IMG/VR virus record: IMGVR_UViG_3300017788_000020
Location: 565-64,564 of that record
Strand: one strand, 5' to 3'
DNA: 64,000 bases
DNA from: a virus
Lineage: Duplodnaviria > Caudoviricetes
The position numbers and the translations under genes were made by a program. Positions 10,075 to 18,297 of the stretch are shown here, in pieces; the stretch's first letter is position 1; each line of letters opens with the position of its first letter. The notes beneath the pieces were generated by a model. It was not told the origin of the DNA, made no database searches, and was given only the letters and a program-made list of their open reading frames with translations.

Positions 10075-10269
10075 TATGAATGTGATGTGTGCGCCCTCTT
10101 CGTTTGCCCACGCCTCTGCGGCACTTCTGACGTAGTACAAGCTGAGTAACAATAGTGCGTATAGACACAGACCACTACAAATCAGTTGTATCGCGGTCGG
10201 TTGGCGCGACACCTTTCGCCGCGTAAATGGCGCAGCCGATATCGAAAACTTATTTTTTCTTGTAAACAT
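10063..10269 (-). CDS. small hypothetical membrane protein; its stop lies in the hairpin arm
   Basis: One hydrophobic segment; last ORF of the - island. Confidence 0.45.
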   Translation of the reverse strand: MFTRKNKFSISAAPFTRRKVSRQPTAIQLICSGLCLYALLLLSLYYVRSAAEAWANEEGAHITFIEDL

Positions 10270-10552
10270 GCAACTCGACGTAGAGTTTTTCTAGCGCAAA
10301 TCCTTGCTCTACATTTAACTTCACAAGCTCGTTCTGCACTACTCTGTGCAGGTCTTGGTATGTCATACCAGAGTCGATCTCGATGCGAACGACCGGTGCT
10401 GGCGGCGCACAGACTTTGGTCGGTACTGTTTGTTCTATGTTGGACAAGGCTTTCTTGAGTACTTTATGATTACTCGATCCTTTGGTGCTCGTCGCCTTGA
10501 TGACTAGTAGCACAAGCGCTGCCGCATATGCGAAGAAGATTAAGCTAAGCAT
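10250..10552 (-). CDS. hypothetical protein with N-terminal TM helix
   Basis: MLSLIFFAYAAALVLLVIK; AGAAAAG upstream. Confidence 0.55.
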   Translation of the reverse strand: MLSLIFFAYAAALVLLVIKATSTKGSSNHKVLKKALSNIEQTVPTKVCAPPAPVVRIEIDSGMTYQDLHRVVQNELVKLNVEQGFALEKLYVELHVYKKK

Positions 10553-10748
10553 TTCTGTCTTTTCTGTACAGGAGCACACCTAGACCTACACTTGCGATTG
10601 TGCAGGATAGGGCTACCCAAAACACAGGGCTCGGGACCGCGGTAAAGGTTTCGGTAACAACATAGATACCTGCGGGTACCACAAGACCTAAGACAATACC
10701 GTGCAGCATTGCTGTTGCAATGGCTGCCGCTAGCGAATATGTTTTCAT
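10545..10748 (-). CDS. small 2-TM membrane protein
   Basis: Two hydrophobic helices; ATGA overlap with neighbour. Confidence 0.55.
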   Translation of the reverse strand: MKTYSLAAAIATAMLHGIVLGLVVPAGIYVVTETFTAVPSPVFWVALSCTIASVGLGVLLYRKDRNA

Positions 10749-10969
10749 GAGTATTCGTTGTATGATTTTTCACACAGCACATCGACCGTGATTGTCATCA
10801 ACACGGCCAGCAGTGCCATAATGTAGAGGTATAACCCAAACGCTGTTTGCGTATAGAGCACGTGACCTATCAGGCATACTGAAGTCCATACTACGAACGA
10901 CAGCGTGAAGACCAGTACTAGCATACTCGCTCGCATGCCGTACACGGGTATGTATGTAAGCCAGGTCAT
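10745..10969 (-). CDS. small 2-TM membrane protein
   Basis: Two hydrophobic helices; ATGA overlap. Confidence 0.55.
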   Translation of the reverse strand: MTWLTYIPVYGMRASMLVLVFTLSFVVWTSVCLIGHVLYTQTAFGLYLYIMALLAVLMTITVDVLCEKSYNEYS

Positions 10970-11310
10970 TTTTGTTGTTTTTTAAGTAAATTACCGGTCG
11001 TAGTTAAGCTACCACAAATCAGGGCGAGCTCTTCAAGACGGCGGTTAGAGGCGATGATCTGTAGTCTTGTCGTCTCTACCTCGTTTTCGGCTAACCTGCA
11101 GGCCTCGGCAGCCCGGCGATATACCGCCGAATCCAAATCAAATGCTTGCCGTAAGCAGTTGTTTGATGCTGATGCGAGTTTGCGGCGCTCTGTGTCAAAT
11201 CGTGCCGCTAGCTCTTTGTGGGCTACATCTGCGTCACTACACAGAGTAGTTACTTCTTGTAGGATATCGGCCACGCGATCAGCTAGTTTTTTCACGGGGC
11301 GCCTCCTCAA
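10966..11310 (-). CDS. hypothetical coiled-coil protein
   Basis: Helical/heptad character; coupled in operon; start uncertain. Confidence 0.5.
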   Translation of the reverse strand: MRRRPVKKLADRVADILQEVTTLCSDADVAHKELAARFDTERRKLASASNNCLRQAFDLDSAVYRRAAEACRLAENEVETTRLQIIASNRRLEELALICGSLTTTGNLLKKQQK

Positions 11311-11668
11311 ACACTAGCTGGAAATCCGACCAGAGACTCTGCTGCACTTCAGCCAAACATACGCCAAAATTCAGACGAGCCAACTGGGCCGAAATGTGTT
11401 GTCTTAGCGGATTTGCGTATTTTTCCCAGTTTTCACGGGTTTCGATCACCTCGTCACCGTTTTTACCGACGTAGAGCCGCGCAACGCACCATACAGGTTG
11501 ACCTAGCTGATGCACTGAGATCGCAGTGTCTAATTCCGCTGTGTGTTCGGCCAAACCGGCCGCCGCGGCAGCTTCGTTTACAATCCGTAGTAGTTCTCTA
11601 GTGAGCGAGAACAACATCACGTTAAAAGCCCTACGATTGTCTCTTAGTTCCTGGGTTAAGGTAGTCAT
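11279..11668 (-). CDS. hypothetical protein
   Basis: ORF in tightly packed - operon. Confidence 0.6.
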   Translation of the reverse strand: MTTLTQELRDNRRAFNVMLFSLTRELLRIVNEAAAAAGLAEHTAELDTAISVHQLGQPVWCVARLYVGKNGDEVIETRENWEKYANPLRQHISAQLARLNFGVCLAEVQQSLWSDFQLVFEEAPREKTS

Positions 11669-11669
11669 T

Positions 11670-12050
11670 TTAGATGTACTGTTCTATGTAGAACACGCCG
11701 CTAGGTAGCGGCTGTGTGAGCAAGACTGTTTTACCTGCGTTACCGTTGATGAGTAGCGCTTGGCGCGATGGTGCATGTACGTCAAACGGCGAAACTACTG
11801 TTATCAGCACCGGTTGATCTGGCGTGTGGTACACAAGGCGCTCATAATCCGCCCTCGCAGGCATGGCCAGTACGAACGCTTCGTCATCAGCGACGCACCG
11901 TAATTCGAATAGCGCCAATAGTGCAGCATCCATGTGCACCGCTACCACGCCTGCTGGAAAATCGCGCCGCGAGCCTCCCACAGGGACAAAAACAAATTGG
12001 CGCAATACGTCAGTTAGCGGCGATTGACTCATGGGTATTACGTATCGCAA
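11670..12050 (-). CDS. hypothetical protein
   Basis: ORF in - operon. Confidence 0.55.
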   Translation of the reverse strand: MRYVIPMSQSPLTDVLRQFVFVPVGGSRRDFPAGVVAVHMDAALLALFELRCVADDEAFVLAMPARADYERLVYHTPDQPVLITVVSPFDVHAPSRQALLINGNAGKTVLLTQPLPSGVFYIEQYI

Positions 12051-12375
12051 AAGTTAGGCCCGTTTTAAGCACCGTCTGTTCTATCGGCACATCCGCAGAG
12101 GTGCCCTCGGGGCGACAGCGGACAAGCTCCGCGTCCCATGTCACACGTAGCCCGCAACGTGCGCAGTGCGCCAACGCTTCGGTAAGGGACGGGCGTAATG
12201 TATATGGATCCGATATCAACGCGACTACAGCCAACACGTCCGGACATATATCCCCCTGTTTGTATGTAATCGAATCTGGTACCAACGCGGTGTTTTTATT
12301 GGCCTTGTTGTTGTTCTGTACTATGGTAAGAAGTTTTCTGTAGAAGAACATTCCGGGGTGTTCAGCTGTTTGCAT
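12010..12375 (-). CDS. hypothetical protein
   Basis: First ORF after the GTCATAAGTATT motif; GAGG RBS. Confidence 0.55.
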   Translation of the reverse strand: MQTAEHPGMFFYRKLLTIVQNNNKANKNTALVPDSITYKQGDICPDVLAVVALISDPYTLRPSLTEALAHCARCGLRVTWDAELVRCRPEGTSADVPIEQTVLKTGLTFAIRNTHESIAAN

Positions 12376-12393
12376 AGCTAAAAGATGCCTCGC

Positions 12394-12405
12394 AATACTT
12401 ATGAC
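12394..12405 (-). promoter_or_regulatory. putative phage early promoter GTCATAAGTATT
   Basis: Exact recurrence of the motif. Confidence 0.7.
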
Positions 12406-12428
12406 CTAAAACAGTCCGTATTTCTCAG

Positions 12429-12434
12429 TATACT
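12429..12434 (+). promoter_or_regulatory. putative late -10 element TATACT
   Basis: Upstream of ATG 12461, divergent from the early motif. Confidence 0.45.
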
Positions 12435-12460
12435 CTATATGTAGGTACGTTACGTATTAT

Positions 12461-13306
12461 ATGGTAGGTCATCCTCGTCTCATTATAGCTTTTGGTGATT
12501 CGCGTATAGGCGGTTTCGGCGCTAGCCGAACCGGCGCACGCTTTGCTGACACAATAACAGGCCCTGCTCCCCTAACTAGCCTAGCAAAGCGCTGGACAGA
12601 TCCTTCCACAAGGTTCGATATCGACGCGCAGTACAATACCGAAGATCCTTGGACTATTCACACAGATACACAAAATCTCCAAGGAACCGGGACGGTAGCG
12701 AGTTACAGTATCGCCCGCACAGATGGGCGGATGAAACCATCCGGACAAAGCCGTTACATAGTATTTTTCTCAGGAAGTGGTTCACAAACATCGAACCAGA
12801 ACGTGATCAACCCGCTGGGCACATGGGACCCTCAAGTATCTAACGGCTTGTTTGATTTATTCACACAAGGTTATCTATTACCTGTACTCTCCCTGCTGCC
12901 GCGCCCCATAGAGCTCGGCGGCATTTATTTTACACTGGGTGGCGGAGATGGCAGAACAATAGAAGCCGCTAACGATTACACAGCCGCATTAACAAGAGTT
13001 CTTCTCGGCCTAGAAACTATATTAGGCGTGGCACAGTTACCATGTGTGGCAGACATAATGCCTACACCACTAGATACAACACTGTATCCCCATCAGAATA
13101 TAGTCCGCGCACAACAACAGCATATTAATGCCAATGTAGTCACCGGGCCGCTCGCAAAAGTATATTTCGAGAACTCAGATCACCTACGCAGAATTGATTC
13201 TGTACACTGGACACACGACGGCGTACTTATAGCCGGCATAAACATGTGTAGACGCATGCTTACTGACACTAATCCGCCAGGTACCGAGCCGCTCATACTT
13301 CAATAA
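12461..13306 (+). CDS. SGNH/O-acetylesterase-like protein (paralog of 8889..9839)
   Basis: AFGDS, NPLG.WDP.V.NG.F shared with the paralog, DSVHW. Confidence 0.7.
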   Translation: MVGHPRLIIAFGDSRIGGFGASRTGARFADTITGPAPLTSLAKRWTDPSTRFDIDAQYNTEDPWTIHTDTQNLQGTGTVASYSIARTDGRMKPSGQSRYIVFFSGSGSQTSNQNVINPLGTWDPQVSNGLFDLFTQGYLLPVLSLLPRPIELGGIYFTLGGGDGRTIEAANDYTAALTRVLLGLETILGVAQLPCVADIMPTPLDTTLYPHQNIVRAQQQHINANVVTGPLAKVYFENSDHLRRIDSVHWTHDGVLIAGINMCRRMLTDTNPPGTEPLILQ

Positions 13307-13351
13307 ACCGAGCATACGTACACATAGACACAATACATATACACATAGGTT

Positions 13352-14926
13352 ATGGCTAATAAAAAACCCGTTGTAGCTGTAGGAACTTCTCCTAACTTTA
13401 CTGGTCTAGGAGAGCTGGCGGCGGCTGATAGACTAGACGGAATAGTAAATCACTCAGATTTTACTAGTAATTCCGTAATGGTCAAGGATAATCTTGGCGC
13501 AGTTGTGCCCACTAATTTAGCAACAAACACTTTATTAGGTAATATTGGTGCAGGTATAGCCTCTTTGAGTGCCGCAGATATCCGAACACTACTCAAGAAT
13601 ATCTACAATTTAACAACGACAGGTCAAGTATTAGCCTATAACGATGCCACAGACACATTAGTATCAATCGCACCTGGTACAAATGGTCAAGCATTAGTAT
13701 TTGACAACACTGTTACAGGTGGATTAAAAGCTGGTGATGTAGCAAGTCAGCTGAACGGCTTAGCAGATGTTACATTGAACACACCTGTTGTCGGACAAAC
13801 GCTAAGACATAACGGCACGTTATTTGTTAACGCTAAGCTGGCGCTGGCTGATCTCAGCAATGTCGATCTATCTGGTCTAGATGATGGCGATGTGCTGCAG
13901 TATGATCTCGGTGCAGACGAGTGGATTGCTGGACCTGTATCTGTATCTTCTGGTTTAGCATCAAACGGCGATCTCACAGCAGTTGAGATTGATATGTACG
14001 GTGGTAACAATACAGCCAAACCTATCATAGGACTGAGCCGCGTAGCTTTCCAAGCCAACATGGATATTCAATCCGGAACAGCTTGGCGAATACTACACTT
14101 CGGCACAGATCTAGTCGTGTCGAGGACACAAGCAGGAGCGGCTGGCGACCTTGTGACCACATTTAACCAAGATCGCACAGTACGCCTTCACGCATACGAG
14201 AACACTAGAGACGATAGCGCCACAACGCCTATCAACTTCTTGTACACCAACGCGACTGGTGTTGTACTGAGCTCACCTATAACAGAACTCGCCATCCCCG
14301 CTGAGCTAGATGACCTGACAGATGTTGATCTTACTACAACGCCGCCAGTCGATGGACAATTCCTTAAGTATGTGGTGGATAAGTGGGTAGCGGCAGCCGC
14401 CCCAACAGCTACCTGGATTGGTACAGCGACAAGTACGCTGAACATGGCCAACAACGCCATAACGAACAATGCTTCGTTAGCGTTCCGCGACTACGGGTCA
14501 GGTGCGTGGAGTATTGTTGGTAACGGCGCCAACTCGTTGGTATTCTCTTTTGGCGCATCCGCACGTGTCAGTGTACTCAGCACAGGCGATATTGTTCTAG
14601 GCGCCTATGGTTCAGCAAGAGCGACGGACTCTGGTACGTACCCTGTTACCAATTTCATGTACACGACAACGGCTGGGGGCTTTGCCAGAGCCGTTATCGA
14701 GACAATGCCGTATTTCCGCGATGCTGGGAATGCGACAGAGCATATCGAAGATATATTCTTCATAAACGGTTCTGATGCGATGAAGCGTTTGGCGCTAGCC
14801 GATATCCCCGCATTTGACGATCAGACAGCGGCTACAGCTGGCGGCGCCACATCAGGTAGACTGTGGAAAGCCTCATCCGGTAACACAATGAGTGTTCCGC
14901 CAGGCACGCTAATCGTATCGCCATGA
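13352..14926 (+). CDS. tail fibre protein
   Basis: L.DL.DV repeats, GQ.L.(Y/F) fibre repeats, LNMANNAITN. Confidence 0.75.
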   Translation: MANKKPVVAVGTSPNFTGLGELAAADRLDGIVNHSDFTSNSVMVKDNLGAVVPTNLATNTLLGNIGAGIASLSAADIRTLLKNIYNLTTTGQVLAYNDATDTLVSIAPGTNGQALVFDNTVTGGLKAGDVASQLNGLADVTLNTPVVGQTLRHNGTLFVNAKLALADLSNVDLSGLDDGDVLQYDLGADEWIAGPVSVSSGLASNGDLTAVEIDMYGGNNTAKPIIGLSRVAFQANMDIQSGTAWRILHFGTDLVVSRTQAGAAGDLVTTFNQDRTVRLHAYENTRDDSATTPINFLYTNATGVVLSSPITELAIPAELDDLTDVDLTTTPPVDGQFLKYVVDKWVAAAAPTATWIGTATSTLNMANNAITNNASLAFRDYGSGAWSIVGNGANSLVFSFGASARVSVLSTGDIVLGAYGSARATDSGTYPVTNFMYTTTAGGFARAVIETMPYFRDAGNATEHIEDIFFINGSDAMKRLALADIPAFDDQTAATAGGATSGRLWKASSGNTMSVPPGTLIVSP

Positions 14927-15078
14927 TGCCGATTTCCCGTTAAAACGCATTTCTATCGAGCGAAATGGCAAATAGCGCCATTTGATATCTAAAAAAGCCC
15001 AAACTACACAAGCCAGTCCGCCAAGACTGGCTTGCTCTATAATATAAGTAGCGTATTTAGCCGCTAATCTATTCACTC

Positions 15079-16479
15079 ATGAGATTATCGAGATTCCCCG
15101 CAGGGATGAAACCTCTGCAATCTGATTTAAACGCTATCAGCGAGAATGTAGAGGGCGCATTTTCAGATTTACTCAACGTATTCAGCAATAATACGCAAGG
15201 CGTTTTATTTGATGCACTGTTACCTGTGGTTACTAAAGACGGGACCACGCTGAGTGTATTCACGCCAGCGCAACATGTAGGTATTCAAGGTAACGTTGAG
15301 TACGTAAAGCAATATAGCGAACTTTTTGATGTCGACGATGGTCTAGGCGGCGAGCTTGACCTCCGTGTAGAGATCTTTTTTGTTTTTACACGGGTTCCGG
15401 TCACAGCTACTCGAAATTTCCTAAGCCTTGAGCCTATTAAAGGTGTCAACATACTGCAGAATTTCGAGGCTGAGATTGCTACACATGTTCGACCGCATGT
15501 TGTTTATCTGTGGACGAATAACTTATCCGCAAGCGGCGAAGTGCCGGCATTAGGTCCCAACGATGTCGGGCACATCAAACTGGCTACTGTTATATACACA
15601 GGGGTTGTTACTATAACGGACGAGCCGCAGAACAAGTTCACGCTACCTAACAGTGTGGTGGTGCCGACGCAAGCACACGCTGCGCAGCACATGCCGGGCG
15701 GCAGTGATCCTTTACCTATTGCCACGCTGACGAATACGCTGACAGCAGGTAGCAGTGCTGGTTTGATGCCCATAGGCGCGCTTGCCACTACAATGCAAGC
15801 TGTACAAAATCTGGTGCCGAATAATGATTCGCCTTTCTTGGCGTTCAGTATTGTAGGCACAAACACGCTTGTCAATGGTGTATACGATCCGCGCATAGCG
15901 AAAGTATCACTGAAGACAGATGCGAGCTTGACTGTGCACAACTCTAATGAAGGACAGCGTCTGGGCGTGCGTTTTGCACCTAAAGGAGCTACCGCTGGAC
16001 AGGCAGACGAGGCTGCGCGGCGCGATCACATACATGCAGTATCAGAGAGCGGTATCGTCGTAGTGAACTTAGAGCGCACGTTGGCAGCAAGCGACTTAGG
16101 TACGTTGTTAACAATAACAATCACCGCCTCGGATCTACCCCAGAATGTTAGACTGGGGCAGATACTTGATGTCAAGTATTACTGGCAGCCAAGTAACCTG
16201 AGCGAGCTCAATAATCATGACGACAACTTGGTCGCCGTGCCTTGGGTTGTCGCAGCCATAGGCGCGTTAGGACTGACTACAGTCGGTGTACGGACCAATG
16301 TTCTCGCGAACAACACGTTCCAGGCCGAGATCGGAGCCGCTGGTTTGACCTACCTTACACCGCAAATGCAGGCGGAAGTACAGTCGTGGACATCGCCGCA
16401 ATACAGTCAAGGCACATACCCATCATCGGGTAAACTCCGTATGGTTGTTATAGGTTTACGTGAGGGCGCTAATGGTTGA
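15079..16479 (+). CDS. virion structural (baseplate/fibre) protein
   Basis: HAAQHMPGGSDP and AARRDHIH motifs typical of tail proteins; TATAAT at 15038-15043. Confidence 0.6.
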   Translation: MRLSRFPAGMKPLQSDLNAISENVEGAFSDLLNVFSNNTQGVLFDALLPVVTKDGTTLSVFTPAQHVGIQGNVEYVKQYSELFDVDDGLGGELDLRVEIFFVFTRVPVTATRNFLSLEPIKGVNILQNFEAEIATHVRPHVVYLWTNNLSASGEVPALGPNDVGHIKLATVIYTGVVTITDEPQNKFTLPNSVVVPTQAHAAQHMPGGSDPLPIATLTNTLTAGSSAGLMPIGALATTMQAVQNLVPNNDSPFLAFSIVGTNTLVNGVYDPRIAKVSLKTDASLTVHNSNEGQRLGVRFAPKGATAGQADEAARRDHIHAVSESGIVVVNLERTLAASDLGTLLTITITASDLPQNVRLGQILDVKYYWQPSNLSELNNHDDNLVAVPWVVAAIGALGLTTVGVRTNVLANNTFQAEIGAAGLTYLTPQMQAEVQSWTSPQYSQGTYPSSGKLRMVVIGLREGANG

Positions 16480-17272
16480 GTTGCTTGCCGCAGACATGCC
16501 TGCAACATGCCTTGTAGGGACATTCAGTGTTTGGAAGGTTGCGGCTGATGTACCTTATGAAGAGGTACTCACGCATTTAGGCGAGCCGCTGCTCGAGGCA
16601 AAGAACCTGGTTGTGGGAAACGCATTGCACGTGCTTGTGCAACTGCTCCGAGGTAATACAGAGGACTACACTCCGGCGTACATAACGATAGGGAGCGGCG
16701 GCGATCTTGATCAAGTGTTCAGGCTAGACCAAGGTGCGCGCGTACCAGCTTCCATCGCAGATACTTACATACGACGTCCTGAAGCACGTATACCTATTGT
16801 CGTTACAGAGGACGGCGACAAACCTAATGTGTGGCATTATGTGGCGGTTGCGCGGCCGCATGAGGCGCTGACGCCTGTAATCAATGAATTAGGTGTAGAG
16901 ACCCGCAACGGTACGCTGATCTCGCACTATATAAGTGAAGAGGACAGCACGGGACGCGCTACGCGCTATGTGAAGACTTCACTAGAGTATTTGATCATCA
17001 AATGGCGCTACGAGTTAACGCTTGCGCTTAATATCACTGGCTCGGATCTTGCGCCTGTTAGCGGCGGCGTCTACCTGCCATTCACGCTGGCGAATGGCGT
17101 GACAATCATGACAGTACTTGTTGAGCCGCGGCCCGGTGCTAGTACAACACGCGCACTGTATTTCCAGCTCAGTAATGGTACTGCAGGGACGGTCGACATA
17201 CAGAACAACAGCACGTTGCTGTTCACACTAAGTGATGGTACGCCTACTAATATCGAGGTAACAACGCCGTGA
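16472..17272 (+). CDS. baseplate/tail-collar fibre-like protein
   Basis: KNLVVG...YITIGSGG...INELGV...K pattern. Confidence 0.55.
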   Translation: MVELLAADMPATCLVGTFSVWKVAADVPYEEVLTHLGEPLLEAKNLVVGNALHVLVQLLRGNTEDYTPAYITIGSGGDLDQVFRLDQGARVPASIADTYIRRPEARIPIVVTEDGDKPNVWHYVAVARPHEALTPVINELGVETRNGTLISHYISEEDSTGRATRYVKTSLEYLIIKWRYELTLALNITGSDLAPVSGGVYLPFTLANGVTIMTVLVEPRPGASTTRALYFQLSNGTAGTVDIQNNSTLLFTLSDGTPTNIEVTTP

Positions 17273-18297
17273 TCAACAAATACGCACTCGACCCCATCAC
17301 CTCGTTTGCGGCAGCTTTTGCAGGAAAAAACCTGTTAGCCGCTACTGCTGACAATATCGATACGCACGGTAAGCCGCTCACAGAGAAAGAAGAACAAAAC
17401 CGTGTCATCAAAAGTATCCGCAAACTACGCCACGCGGCAGGCGGAAATATCCACAAATACAAAGCGAGGGCTTTCCAAGCAGGTCTGCTACACGGAATAG
17501 ATCCGCTAAAAGACACTCAGTCCCCCGGATGGCAATGGTCACAGTCGCTTCCTGTTGTAGGGACGCAGCATCACGCAGTGCAGTATAATCTAGGGTACAC
17601 ACTCGGGAAACGGTACAAACATCTACCGCCAATAATCAAGCGCAGAAAGTTAGCCGAGTTGCATACGCACATAACAGCTATCCCCGAGTTTCGCGACATA
17701 CCACACATGGCGGCAGCGGCTGACGGTATTAAGCACACGCTTAAAGAAGACGCAGGCTTACCGAACGGGCGTCCGGCGAAAGTTTTACGGCTGCTAGGTA
17801 TTAAAGATACGTTACGTAGCCAAGACCGTAAATACGGGCAACGTTTGATGGCGGGGAAACTGCGATCTTGGCGAGAAAATGCAGAACGCAATGTCAGTAC
17901 AGCCGGCGAGTTGGCGGCCAAGTGGCTTGATGCGGATCGTTTTGTGGTTAGTAGCATAGACAAAATTGCACCTCTACGGGACCTCAAAAACCGCTTTGTC
18001 AATCGCGCAATCATCCGGAATCTGAAAAAAGCCGGACCTGAGTTCATATATACGCGCAAAGATGCCGCCAAGACGTTAGCGCTTCAGTCACTCCTTTCGC
18101 CTAGATTGGGTGATATAGGGCACGGCGCCAGGGCTATCAGACAGAGCTTACTCATAGACCCAGGACGCACGTTACGTAGCGGCGCCCATGTCGCGCAAGA
18201 GTTCTCAGGTACTCCCGTAAAACCGTTCATCAATCACATATGGGGCGGTGTGCCCCGATCAAAAAAAGGATTACATGGCACAGCAGATCACAACTAA
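17269..18297 (+). CDS. basic protein with KxA leader, putative internal head protein
   Basis: MINKYA N-terminus; K/R/H-rich. Confidence 0.55.
   Translation: MINKYALDPITSFAAAFAGKNLLAATADNIDTHGKPLTEKEEQNRVIKSIRKLRHAAGGNIHKYKARAFQAGLLHGIDPLKDTQSPGWQWSQSLPVVGTQHHAVQYNLGYTLGKRYKHLPPIIKRRKLAELHTHITAIPEFRDIPHMAAAADGIKHTLKEDAGLPNGRPAKVLRLLGIKDTLRSQDRKYGQRLMAGKLRSWRENAERNVSTAGELAAKWLDADRFVVSSIDKIAPLRDLKNRFVNRAIIRNLKKAGPEFIYTRKDAAKTLALQSLLSPRLGDIGHGARAIRQSLLIDPGRTLRSGAHVAQEFSGTPVKPFINHIWGGVPRSKKGLHGTADHN

Noticed and set aside
9939-10080. DGR template/variable repeat pair with 55173-55249
   Set aside because: Only one, synonymous, difference; the target is not a C-terminal variable region; no reverse transcriptase in the window
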